DNA of 63,222 nt, the filler included, from Octopus bimaculoides (lineage: Eukaryota): the NCBI RefSeq assembly GCF_001194135.2. It is 4 parts of 4 records of this genome, joined end to end, with 100 filler letters (N's around TTAATTAATTAA, not from the genome) between each part and the next. Parts side by side here need not be neighbours in the genome. Positions count along the whole stretch, not along the records: positions 31,703 to 45,205 come from NC_068999.1; positions 45,306 to 63,222 come from NC_068981.1; 2 more parts are not named here. One strand, given 5' to 3'. The notes below the pieces were generated by a model that saw nothing but the letters and a program-made list of their open reading frames with translations, searched no databases and had not been told where the DNA came from. Shown one piece after another: positions 41,401-53,584 of this stretch. Numbering within the stretch: position 1 is the stretch's first letter; each line of letters begins with the position of its first letter. The translations under genes were made by a program, and so were the position numbers.

Positions 41401-42034
41401 TTTGAATTCCTCTTCATTTTATTATTAGAATCTTTTTCATTCATTGACATTATAAATTTTATGAGAGAATTTTCTACNNNNNNNNNNNNNNNNNNNNNNN
41501 NNNNNNNNNNNNNNNNNNNNNNNNNNNNNNNNNNNNNNNNNNNNNNNNNNNNNNNNNNNNNNNNNNNNNNNNNNNNNNNNNNNNNNNNNNNNNNNNNNNN
41601 NNNNNNNNNNNNNNNNNNNNNNNNNNNNNNNNNNNNNNNNNNNNNNNNNNNNNNNNNNNNNNNNNNNNNNNNNNNNNNNNNNNNNNNNNNNNNNNNNNNN
41701 NNNNNNNNNNNNNNNNNNNNNNNNNNNNNNNNNNNNNNNNNNNNNNNNNNNNNNNNNNNNNNNNNNNNNNNNNNNNNNNNNNNNNNNNNNNNNNNNNNNN
41801 NNNNNNNNNNNNNNNNNNNNNNNNNNNNNNNNNNNNNNNNNNNNNNNNNNNNNNNNNNNNNNNNNNNNNNNNNNNNNNNNNNNNNNNNNNNNNNNNNNNN
41901 NNNNNNNNNNNNNNNNNNNNNNNNNNNNNNNNNNNNNNNNNNNNNNNNNNNNNNNNNNNNNNNNNNNNNNNNNNNNNNNNNNNNNNNNNNNNNNNNNNNN
42001 NNNNNNNNNNNNNNNNNNNNNNNNNNNNNNNNNN

Positions 42035-42067
<33 letters not shown>

Positions 42068-42136
42068 CATATATATATATATATGATATACATATAATGC
42101 ATATATAATATACATAATATAATGTATATATACATC

Positions 42137-42388
42137 GGTGCCGGAGTCGTGGTGTGGTAAGCAGCTTGCTTCCCATCTGACTAGTAGAAACGTTTGTGCA
42201 TGGGGGAAATGCTTCCAGCTACCAATCCCGGCTCTTTACGTTACGAATTCAAATTCCGCCAAGTTCAACGTTGCCCTGCATTCTTTCGAGGTTGATAAAA
42301 TAAGTACCAGTTGTGTACATCCCCACTTCCCCCTCCCCGCCAAATTTTCAGGTTTTGTGCCTATAGTAGATGATCTTAGGGTTATTAT
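42137..42388 (+). mobile_element. Family B head joined to family A body and tail
   Basis: GGAGTCGTGGTGTGGTAAGCAGCTTGCTTCCCA then TCTTTACGTTACGAATTCAAATTCCGCC...AAATTTTCAGGTTTTGTGCCTATAGTAG. Confidence 0.65.
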
Positions 42389-42389
42389 T

Positions 42390-42620
42390 AACGCAGCGAG
42401 CTCGCAGATTCGTTACCGAGCAGGGAACAAACAAAAAATGCTTTGCGGCATTCATTCCGTCTCCACATTCTGAGTTCAAATCCCGCCCAGGTCAACTTTG
42501 CCTTTTAAACTTTTGGGGTAGATAAAATAAAGGCCAGACGGCCACTGGGGTCGATGTACACCATTGGCCCCATCCATCAAAATTTCAGGCTTTGTGTTTG
42601 TAGTAGAAAGAATTATTATT
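42390..42620 (+). mobile_element. SINE family A (tail type ii), tandem
   Basis: GCAGCGAGCTCGCAGATTCGTTA...CTGAGTTCAAATCCCGCC...GTAGTAGAAAGAATTATTATT. Confidence 0.85.
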
Positions 42621-43770
42621 GTTGTTGCTGTTTTATTATTGCTGCCGCTTTTGTTGTTGTTGTTGTTGTTGTTCTTCTTCTTCTTCTTCTTCTTCTTCTT
42701 CTTCATCTTCTTCTTCTTCTTCTTCTTTTTCTTCTTCTTCTTCTTCTTCTTCTCCTCCTACTGCTGCTACTAACTCCCTCCGCCCTCTCTACTCCCTCTG
42801 CACTCTGTGCTTCACTTCGGGGTGGACCTCTGTCACACCGGGTGCTTCACTCATGCAATGTCAGCCTGTGCACGTGACTAATTCATGCTTTCACTATTGT
42901 ATTGGACTTCTGCATGCCTGCTGCTCCTTCAGCCCTTACTTACCTCCCACTCCTACCAAACACACACACACATACACTTAAACACACAAACACTCACACT
43001 CACACACACTTGAACGCACACATACACAATCACACGCAGACACACTCTCACACTATCACACATCACCACACGCAATATACACACCATTTATACGCAACAT
43101 GAACACTCACAAACACACACACACACACACACACACAGACACACACAACGACGCACTCGCATTCTTACACACGTGAGGACGCATACGCATGCATCTATGC
43201 ATACATAGACACGAACATGCAATCACGTGGACACGTGGACACGAGCACACGTGTACACACATTCACGTGCGCACTTTATACACCCGCACGCACGTATACT
43301 CTCTCACACACACACACACACGCACACACACACACACTCACACATCTTTATTCAACAAGGCAATCACGTGCACACGTGACAGGGACACACGTGTAGTACT
43401 TATAAACACACGCATGTCCACACACACACACATGCATATTACATAAGCACACACACTCATGCACAGTACACGCACAAACACACATACACTGGAACACGCA
43501 TACAAACATATATAGATGCATACACACAAGCATGCATGTCACACACGTTATTCACCCGTATTCTTATACGTATCGTAAACACACACATATGCACGCTACG
43601 TTTCCTTTTTCAATGTACCCTTAAGTCCTGGCACCCGACACCTCTTTCGCTGGTTATCTATCTTTCTTTCTTTTTCCTTTCTTACTTAACTTTTTCCTTC
43701 CTTCTTTTCTTTCTTCCTTCCTACCTAACTTTCTTCCTTCCTTTCTTTCTTTCTTCCCTTCGTTCTCTGC

Positions 43771-43774
<4 letters not shown>

Positions 43775-43809
<35 letters not shown>

Positions 43810-44120
43810 CGTCTGTCTATCTCTCTCTATCTCTGTTTCTCTGTCTGTATGTCCGTCTCTCTTTCTCTGTCTCTCTCTGTCTCTCTCTGTGTCTGTGTCT
43901 GTCTATCTGTCTCTCACTCTCTCTCTCTTTCTCTCTGTCTCTCTGTCTCTCTGTCTCCCTCTCTCTCTCTCTTTCTCTCTCTCTGTCTCTCTGTCTCCCT
44001 CTCTCTCTCTCTATCTCTCTTTCTCTGTCTCTCTGTCTGTCTCTCTGTCTGTCTGTCTCTCTCTCTGTCTCTCTGTCTCTCTCTCTCTCTCTGTCTCTCT
44101 CTTTCTCTCTCTCTCTCTTT
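43775..44120. repeat. Long degenerate (CT)n/(CTGT) pyrimidine tract
   Basis: Direct reading. Confidence 0.92.
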
Positions 44121-44534
44121 CCACCCGTTTGCTGCTTTATATCTATTTCTTTTCCTCTATTCCTCTCACATTCTCCACCTCACCATACATACATACATAC
44201 ATACATACATACATACATACATTTATATATATATATATATATATNNNNNNNNNNNNNNNNNNNNNNNNNNNNNNNNNNNNNNNNNNNNNNNNNNNNNNNN
44301 NNNNNNNNNNNNNNNNNNNNNNNNNNNNNNNNNNNNNNNNNNNNNNNNNNNNNNNNNNNNNNNNNNNNNNNNNNNNNNNNNNNNNNNNNNNNNNNNNNNN
44401 NNNNNNNNNNNNNNNNNNNNNNNNNNNNNNNNNNNNNNNNNNNNNNNNNNNNNNNNNNNNNNNNNNNNNNNNNNNNNNNNNNNNNNNNNNNNNNNNNNNN
44501 NNNNNNNNNNNNNNNNNNNNNNNNNNNNNNNNNN

Positions 44535-44584
<50 letters not shown>

Positions 44585-44681
44585 GGAGAGAGGGAGAGAG
44601 GGAGAGAGAGAGAGGGAGAGAGAGAGATAGAGAGAGAGAGATCAATAGATATATAGATAGATAGATAGAGAGAGATAGTCA

Positions 44682-44717
<36 letters not shown>

Positions 44718-44947
44718 TGATAGATAGATAGAGATATTGTTTTTCTTGTTTTCGCCTCCCCTGTAAAGGCATGCTTGAGAGCACCAGGGAGGGCTCACGT
44801 GTACCTACCTGTCTGTCTGCCTAACTGTCTGTTTGTCTATCAAAGACCATTCTAACATATCTCCCTCTTTATTCTCCCCCTCTTTTTCTCTTAGCTTTTA
44901 TTTCCTCCACTCCCTCCTCTCTCTCGCTCCCCCCTCTCTCTCTCGCT

Positions 44948-44984
<37 letters not shown>

Positions 44985-46682
44985 GCCTATCAAACTTGTA
45001 GATGCCAATGACCTTCGCTAGTGAATATGAAAAGAGAGAGAGGCTTTGGCATTGTTTAACCCTAGGCAGCCCAGAATAAGAACACCAATAATTAAAGACA
45101 TTCTAGACGTGACCATCTCGGTCTTCGAGGTGTTTGTTGTACTGTGTAGTGGAGGTGGGCGTGAAGAATGCTATTGCAGTAGTGGCAACGGTGTTGGTGG
45201 TGGTGNNNNNNNNNNNNNNNNNNNNNNNNNNNNNNNNNNNNNNNNNNNNTTAATTAATTAANNNNNNNNNNNNNNNNNNNNNNNNNNNNNNNNNNNNNNN
45301 NNNNNCCCTTACCTCAATGATGCCGGTGACAGATATCAAAAGTCCCCTTGTAGAATTATATTCATAAAAAAGTATAGAACTATATTATCACCCTCAGATT
45401 TGAGAAACAAACGCTCATAACTTTTTTCTTTTAAAACTTCATTGCATGAGATTGATAGCATGAAATTCCTCGAATTTTCTAAAATTTACTAATCAAGTAT
45501 TTTATTTTATAGGGAGATGTAAAGACTCCTCTTTAACCAACTACACTAACGTTTTATAGATAGTTACAGACATATGTATGTATGACATGGTTCTATTTAT
45601 ACAGAAACATATGTATAAAATTAAGCTTAATTAAAATATAGTTTGTTTTTAAAATAAAGAAGTTAATTATACTTAAATCCAAATGTTTGACTTACTTATA
45701 TATTTTTTCGTGATATTTTACTTCACAAATTTTTTGATACACATTTTTATTGCATGGAAATAAAACTATGAAATTCTTTACAATTTCTTCTATCATTGAA
45801 GCTAAGATAAATATATCTTGCTATTAAAATAAAAGACCGTTATTTAGATCTAAACTTGATTGGTGACGTTACTTACTCTCCTAAAACGTTGCTAAAAAAT
45901 TTGATGCAAACTTTTTTCTACTGAACCAAATCTCAAGTTTTGTATGCCAAAATGTAGCTAGGGACCAGTCCACCTCATAAATGTTAACGGTTTTCCATTT
46001 GGTTAAGAGCTGAATGAGCGACAAACTATGAAAGTTGGTGCGTGTGAGTAATTTGCGGCTTTAAGAATATTATTCAACTACTACTACCGTAGTTGAATGA
46101 TATATATATATATAAAATACAAAATGAGACAAGAACGCAAAACATCCAGACAGTTAGGTGATACAAGAAAGGAACTATTGAACGGAACGTTTAATATTAT
46201 TTTTCGTTTTGTTCACTGCTTTTTATCTTCCGAGATAGTCGTCAAATCGGGGTAGTTTCTTTCACCGTAATATTAGAACTATGTCGAGTATTTCTAAATA
46301 ATCCTTTGAATAATGATGAACTCAGATTTCAATGTTGAAAGATTCATCAACAAAGGAGAAGAGAGTCTGTTGATGTGAGGATGTATAGAAACCTTTATAT
46401 AGTTTAGCTTTATTTTTACATAACAAAAAATGTTTCAAGGTCTATACTTATATTTTTTGTTTAGTTTTATCTTAAATTGTTTTTAAGTGAATCATAAATA
46501 GATAAGTAAATAAACAATCAAATAAACAAATAAATAAATAAAAATATAAATAAATAGATAAAGATAATGAGTGACAGATATGAAGAATGAAAGTCAAGAG
46601 ACTTGTACTTCTTCAAATCGGAGAGAAAACAGCCATGAATATTATTAGATTGTTTCTCAATACAGGAAGATAAACAGAGAGA

Positions 46683-46769
<87 letters not shown>

Positions 46770-47134
46770 CAAGATAAATTGTTGAATAGATTCACGTATT
46801 TTTCTTGCCTTAGGTATCAATGGCGGTTCCTTTTCAAGATTCAAATTTTTATAGAATCTTTTTCTGGTTTCAAATTTTTATTTTTCTAGACTTACCTTAT
46901 AATTCAATATGTGTATATTTATTACGGCAAATGAAATACACAATGATTTCATTGATTGCGCTGGCCATCGCTTTGATGTTAACGAGCCCATTGCTACTGC
47001 TCTTGTTTAGAGGCCTGTAACCTTGATTTATAAATGCATCCGTTTTATTACTTTATCCATTTTAGTTGATTGTTTGAGGAGAGACTCGTTCTTATTTACT
47101 CCGAAATATTGTTGCTGTTTGTTCTTTCTCGAGC

Positions 47135-47410
47135 CATGCCTGGCTCATAAGGGCCGGTTGTCTGGTTTCATTGGCTTATAGATTCCCCACCTGGATGGGA
47201 CGCTGGTCAGTCGCAAGTGAGCTGCCATGTGCAGGAGGAAAGAGTGAAAGCAGGTTGTGGCGAAAGGGTTAGCAGAAGCTCGCCATTACCTTCTGCCGGA
47301 GCCGCGTGGAACTTAGGTGTTTCACTCATAAACACATACACACCGCCCGGTCTGAGATTCGAACCCGCGATCCTTCGACCGCGAGTCCGTTGCTCTAACC
47401 ACTTGGCCAT
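47135..47410 (-). mobile_element. tRNA-derived SINE family D
   Basis: Reverse strand TGGCCAAGTGGTTAGAGCAACGGACTCGCGGTCGAAGGATCGCGGGTTCGAATCTCAGACC with A and B boxes; head matches 48832, tail differs. Confidence 0.88.
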
Positions 47411-47599
47411 GTATCTCCAATCTCCAAAATATAAAGATTAAAAATCATGTTATTTAACTTCCATATATTTTTTTTGATGTTAACTATGTTTCTTCAGAGT
47501 AATGTTGAATGAAGCAACACAGACAGGATTACAGACAGATAGGCAAACAGGAAGACAGACATATATATAAAGTTTTGTATAACAGAACAACAAAAAGGA

Positions 47600-47667
<68 letters not shown>

Positions 47668-47964
47668 ATTATAGTCTAGAATTCGTTTGTTTTCACGCCA
47701 CAGGAATTTAATAGAACTCTTCCCAAATTTGTTTATTTTCTGTCCAAGATTTTTGTTTTCTTAGTTCCTTTCATAATCCTATGTGTATACATTTAAAGAG
47801 AACCAAATATACAACTAGCTCACCATACTACTCCTGCTATCCACACTTCAGGCAATATATAGTAATCGACGCTGCATTTTAGTGAACTCAAAGCTACTGA
47901 TACTAACCAAAGGCCTCGGGCCGTTCTTTCTCAAGATGTCACTTAGATTGCTCCATATATTGTA

Positions 47965-49763
47965 CAGGGTGGAAGAGAGAGAGGACCGACGTTTTTGAAA
48001 TGGTTATTACTTAGCCCCAGGAGGAGTGACATAAGTCCGACAGGTACCATTCGGTCCATAATGTCTTAGCATTTTGTTTTTCTTTTCAGGTGAAGCCATG
48101 GCACTGTGGACAATAGAGCATCGCGTGTTTGCCTACGACAGTTACGTGAACAATAACGAGTCCGCCACGGCAGTTCAGCGTGAGTTTCAACATTCCACAT
48201 TCACCGAAATCAGACTGTTCGCACTCGTAACACAATCTTACGTTGGGTGAATGCACTTCGTACACGAGGTGCACTAATGAATAGGAAATCGGTGGAGGCG
48301 TCACGAACGGTACGGATCCCGGAAAATATGGAACGCGTCAGACAAGCTTTGATACAGAGTTCGAATCGCTCTGCTCGGAGGCATTCCACTGAACTTGTCA
48401 TTGGTAATCGATCGGGAAGGCGTATTTTGCATGAAGATCTGCATTTCCACCCGTACGAATTGGTCATTGGGCAACAGTTGAAACCATGGGGCTTTGTTGC
48501 ACAGCGGCTGAACTTCACATGTCGGATGGAAGCAACTTTTGAGGCAAATAACAACCTCATTTTGTTAATGAGTGATGAAGCTCATTTTCATTTCAGTAGA
48601 ATAATGAATCAACAGAACTGTCATTATTGGGCTCTTGAAAATCCGAGAGAACTACACGAAAGGCCACTGCACGACCCAAATGTGACGGCCTAGTGTGCTG
48701 TTGGAAAAGCTGCCGTCATTGGTCCTTACTTTTTTGAAGACAATAATGGAAATGCTGTTACTGTGAACACCGAGCGTTACATCGAGATGATAAACAACTT
48801 CTTTGTGTTTGAATTATGTCGAAAACGTCGTGGAGGCGCAATGGCCCAGCAGTTAGGGCAGCGGACTCGCGGTCGTAGGATAGCGGCTTCGATTCCCAGA
48901 CCGGGCGTTGTGAGTGTTTATTGAGCGAAAACACCTAAAGTTCTACAAGGCTCCGACAGGGGATGGTGACGAACCCTGCTGTACTCTTTCACCACAACTT
49001 TCTCTCACTCTTTCTTCCTGTTTCTTGTTGTACCTGTATTTCAAAGGGCCAGCCTTGTCACACTCTGTGTCACGCTGACTTCCCCCCCCCCCNNNNNNNN
49101 NNNNNNNNNNNNNNNNNNNNNNNNNNNNNNNNNNNGAGAACTACGTTGAGGGTACACGTGTGTGTGGAGTGCTCAACCACTTGCACGTTAATTTCACGAG
49201 CAGGCTGTTCCGTTGATCGGATCAGCTGGAACCTCGTCGTCGTAACCGACGGAATGCCAACCATGTCGAAAACATATGCCTATTCGATGTATGTGTTATC
49301 AGCATGATGAGGCGACGGCCCACACATCCAGAGCATCAATGGACGTTCTTCACCCTTCCTTTGGTGACCGCCTCATTTCCAGTGTTGCTGACATTCCATG
49401 GTCCCTCTCCCCCGTCGCTTCTCTGATTTGTCCGTGTGGGATTATTTCTTGTGAGGAAACCTGAAGGGATGTGTGTATGCGCATAAGTCCCGTACATTGG
49501 ACGATTTGAAGGAAGCTGTTCACATGAAAGTCGCCAAAATTGACAAAGCAATGCCGGAGAGAGTGGAGGCCAACTTTCAAAAATACCTTCAGAAATGCAT
49601 CAATGGAAACGGACACCACATGATGGGTGTTGTTTTTCACAATTAATTTTGACAAATGCTAATTCAAGACAAATCCATTGCTGTCAATAAAATTTGTTTG
49701 CAGCTAAAATTAATGATTTTTGTGAATTTTTGAAAAACGTCCGTCCTCTCTGCCCCACCCCTG
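47965..49763 (+). mobile_element. Full-length Tc1/mariner element, DD41D-like (rosa/Visitor type), decayed, with nested SINE
   Basis: TA duplications 47963-64 and 49764-65; imperfect TIRs of about 33 bp (CAGGGTGG...GAGAGGAC.GACGTTTTT.A); transposase from ATG near 48099 with LMSDEAHF, QNCHYWALENP, IGPYFFED, YQHDEATAHT, DLSVWDYFL; catalytic spacing about 41 inferred across a frameshift. Confidence 0.9.
48832..49262 (+). mobile_element. Full-length SINE family D with target-site duplication
   Basis: A box TGGCCCAGCAGTTAGG, B box GCTTCGATTCCC; ATGTCGAAAAC duplicated at 48816-26 and 49263-73. Confidence 0.93.
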
Positions 49764-50214
49764 TACTAGAGCGTATGCAGTCTCTCGATATCGAAGTAAT
49801 GAAGACAATGAAAATTGCAATCATAAATATGTATTTCGATCGTAACCAGGTCCCTACGGTGTGAAACCAAATTCTTTATCATTTATGAGAATCAAATAAA
49901 TTGATGGGTAAATAAATAACAAGTAGAGATGAGAGATATTACAAAATAGAGCGAAACATCTGCTGAAAATGGTATGTAGAAGGAGAAATACCGAAAGCAA
50001 GACAAATGGATGTATGAATATTTAATAACATGGGTCCAAAAAAGCTAATAATGGTAGATATATATATATATATAAAACAATCCATAACAAAGAGCAAAAA
50101 ATTTCGTTGCCATTCCTATATTTGTTGCCACTTTTCTTGTTGTCGTTGTTGCTGCTACTTCGACTAACACTGTTACGACTACTAATATAGATATATTATT
50201 TACTATTTAATGAT

Positions 50215-50355
50215 GGTTTATGGGAGAATAGGTAGAATGTCAAGGAAAATGCGTTGTAGTATTCATAACCTTTTATGATTTGAGTTCAAATATTTAACCT
50301 GTAAGCCGACTTCGCCCTTATTTTCTTCCACGTATCGATAAAACAAGAAGTAATC
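50215..50355 (+). mobile_element. Old degenerate SINE family A
   Basis: TTGAGTTCAAAT...CCGACTTCGCCCTT...GTATCGATAAAAC. Confidence 0.5.
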
Positions 50356-50399
50356 AAGTACTCAGATAAATTAAATTCAATAAATTTTTCAAAATAATG

Positions 50400-50600
50400 G
50401 CTCCAAATTTTTCCACAAGGTTAGCAATTTTCGGGCAGGGGAATAGTCAATTACATCAACCCCAGTCCTCAACAGCTACTTAGTTTATCGACTCAGAAAT
50501 GATAAAATCCAAAGTCGACCTCGCGGATATTTGAACTCAGAAGGTAAAGAACCGGAATGGTTGTCGCTTAGCATTTTACCCAACCCGCTAAAGATTTTGT
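50400..50600 (-). mobile_element. SINE family A (tail type i)
   Basis: AAAGTCGACCTCGCGGATATTTGAACTCAGAA and flanks match the reverse consensus. Confidence 0.8.
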
Positions 50601-50797
50601 CTGAAAAGAGAAAAATGAAGTAGTTCCACTATTGGAAAATATAATTGATCAATATTCATGTTTTGAAAATGATATCAAGAATTAGCTTTCTTAGATGAAC
50701 AAATATAATGCACATCCTACAAAAGGTAGGTAAGTATGATGTTATAAGTTAACATAATATAGGGCGAGAATACTCTACCAATATTTACAACCTCTAC

Positions 50798-50998
50798 TGG
50801 TGACAGCAAGCCGGCAGAATCGGTAGCACGCCGCCCAACAGTTCTTCTTTTCTTCTGAGTTCGAATTCCGCTGAGGATAAATTTGCCTTTCATCCTTTTG
50901 GGGTTGATAAAATGAGTATTATTTGAGCACTGAGGTCGGTGTAATCGACTTAACTCCTCCTCGCAACTTGCTGGCCTTGTGCCAAAATTTGAACGCAA
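50798..50998 (+). mobile_element. SINE family A (tail type i)
   Basis: GCCGGCAGAATCGGTAGCACGCC...GCCTTTCATCCTTTTGGGGTTGATAAAATGAGT...GGCCTTGTGCCAAAATTTGAA. Confidence 0.85.
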
Positions 50999-51633
50999 TA
51001 TTTACAACCCTTAGTATTACCATATGTTTAATTTTACTGCTAAGCTAGTGTAATTCCTTAGCCTTTCAGATCGCTTATGTAAACCATTATAATAACTCAG
51101 AATTTCTGTGTTAATTATTAAAACACCGTTGTCGTTTATATCATATAAAATGTTGCGAGGCTTGTACGCTTCGTTATGATCCATCTCCTGTATAAAAGTT
51201 GCATGGCATCTCCACGTCATTATTCTTTAAAGACAGGTGGAGTTTCAATTGGATAGTAAGAAACTTATTATTTAAGCAGTTGGAGATGAGTGGTAAGACG
51301 TACATGGACTTCATTACTGAATCTTGAAATATATGATAGTGGGAGTTAATGTCAGACATCCTCATTTAATGAGGTACATTGTTTCAGAAAGTATAATATA
51401 CAGGCGACATCAGTAACGTATATTATAATAAATTGGGATATTCTCTCGTTTTCAATATGTTTACTTGAGTTAACCTGTTACATCTGCTGCTTAGTTCAGA
51501 CGAGGTTACTGCTGTGTATTCAGTTCATGAAATTAAGTATAAATATTTTTGATATTTCATCATGCATTGTATATGTAACCCTATTTGCGTTGCTGTCTTA
51601 CAGTGTGATTCAGAATCAACTTTCAAAATTTAA

Positions 51634-51672
<39 letters not shown>

Positions 51673-52368
51673 GAAGGTTTGAAAATGCACTTATTTTTTA
51701 AAAATATTTATTTACTTAACCGGTTTCACTTTTTTAGAAAAAGATTATCAAAAGTCTTTGAGAATAATAAAAATGTTAAAAAACAGNNNNNNNNNNNNNN
51801 NNNNNNNNNNNNNNNNNNNNNNNNNNNNNNNNNNNNNNNNNNNNNNNNNNNNNNNNNNNNNNNNNNNNNNNNNNNNNNNNNNNNNNNNNNNNNNNNNNNN
51901 NNNNNNNNNNNNNNNNNNNNNNNNNNNNNNNNNNNNNNNNNNNNNNNNNNNNNNNNNNNNNNNNNNNNNNNNNNNNNNNNNNNNNNNNNNNNNNNNNNNN
52001 NNNNNNNNNNNNNNNNNNNNNNNNNNNNNNNNNNNNNNNNNNNNNNNNNNNNNNNNNNNNNNNNNNNNNNNNNNNNNNNNNNNNNNNNNNNNNNNNNNNN
52101 NNNNNNNNNNNNNNNNNNNNNNNNNNNNNNNNNNNNNNNNNNNNNNNNNNNNNNNNNNNNNNNNNNNNNNNNNNNNNNNNNNNNNNNNNNNNNNNNNNNN
52201 NNNNNNNNNNNNNNNNNNNNNNNNNNNNNNNNNNNNNNNNNNNNNNNNNNNNNNNNNNNNNNNNNNNNNNNNNNNNNNNNNNNNNNNNNNNNATATAGAA
52301 ATAATATATATATATATATGTGCGTGTGTGTTTGTATCAATCTATCTATCTATAGATAGATCGACAGG

Positions 52369-52442
<74 letters not shown>

Positions 52443-52586
52443 TAACAAATATATGTATATATGCAAGAAAGGAAATGAGAACGCTTCATTCAGAAGCATT
52501 CGTATATTGAATTCTACATCAGGTTATTAGTATCGCAATGCCTAAGCGAAATATTAAATGCATATAGTCATATATACATGCATATA

Positions 52587-53190
52587 CAGCGGTTGCACAA
52601 AATAATGGAAACACCTATCCTCATAGCATCATAATTTTGAAATATCTATAAAACCGTCAAAAGCTTGTTTATTTTAATGTTTTTTGATTCATTATTAGTG
52701 TTTCTTAATATGTTTTGCTAAAATTGCTGTTTCTTTCCAGGTATATTCTGAAAAAGGTAATTAAAATTCATTAAAATGACAAATCTATCGGACTTTCAGA
52801 GAGGTCAAATTGTTGGTGCTTGTAATGAAAACAGCTGAAATATTTGGAGTATAAAGAAGTACTGTATCGAAAGTAATGACATCCTTTGAGAAAGAGCGAA
52901 AAACATCCTTGTCGAAACAAAACTCCGGAAGAAAACCAAAACTTCCAGATAGCGACTGTCGGACTCTTACGCTAATTGTTAGAAAGGAGCACAAAAGTAC
53001 AGCTCTCAAAATTACTGCAGAGCTTAATGACCTCCTCGAGAATCCAGTTTCCAGAAAAACTGTTTGTCGAGAGCTGCACAAAGCCGGATTTCACGGAATT
53101 CCTGCAATCAGAAAACCACTATATTCAAAAACAAACGCTGCAAAGCTTTTAGAGTGGAGTAAAAACTTACAGAATTTGTCCCTAGAGCAC
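52587..53190 (+). mobile_element. Tc1-like transposon, 5' half (TIR plus paired-like DNA-binding domain)
   Basis: TA|CAGCGGTTGCACAAAATAATGGAAACAC; ATG 52776 MTNLSDFQRGQIVGA, frameshift, AEIFGV*RSTVSKV...SGRKPKL...ITAELN...TVCRELHKAGFHG..AIRKPL. Confidence 0.9.
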
Positions 53191-53231
53191 CTGATGAATG
53201 CTGGAGGGTATATCAGCCGAAACGTTGTGTT
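53186..53231 (+). ncRNA. Minimal type I hammerhead ribozyme motif (Penelope pLTR type)
   Basis: Stem I AGCAC/GTGTT; CTGATGA 53191-97; stem II GCTG/CAGC; GAAA 53219-22; palindromic ACGT stem III; cleavage after T53226; first stem II pair mutated (T53199.C53218). Confidence 0.72.
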
Positions 53232-53309
53232 AACAACAAACAAGATGAGGACAAATATCCGTCAAATGTAAATAATGTAAATATTATTATTGTTGCTGTT
53301 GTTGTTAAC

Positions 53310-53542
53310 ATGAAGGCGGCGAGCTTGCAGAATCGTTAGCATGCCGGGCGGAATGCTTAGCCGAATTTCGTCCGTCTTTACGTTCTGAATTCAAATTCTG
53401 CCGAGGTTGACTTTGCTTTCATCCTTTCGGGGTAGATAAATTAAGTTCTAATGAAACACTGGAGTCGATGTGATCGACTCATTCCCTCACCACAAATTTC
53501 AGGCCTTGTGCGTTTAGTAGAAAAGATTATTACAATTATGAT

Positions 53543-53545
<3 letters not shown>
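53310..53545 (+). mobile_element. SINE family A (tail type ii), near consensus
   Basis: Full head, core and tail. Confidence 0.93.

Positions 53546-53584
<39 letters not shown>

Noticed and set aside
48832-48900. tRNA gene (also 47345-47410 and family A heads)
   Set aside because: A and B boxes are present, but no acceptor stem closes and the sequence continues into a SINE body with TSD.
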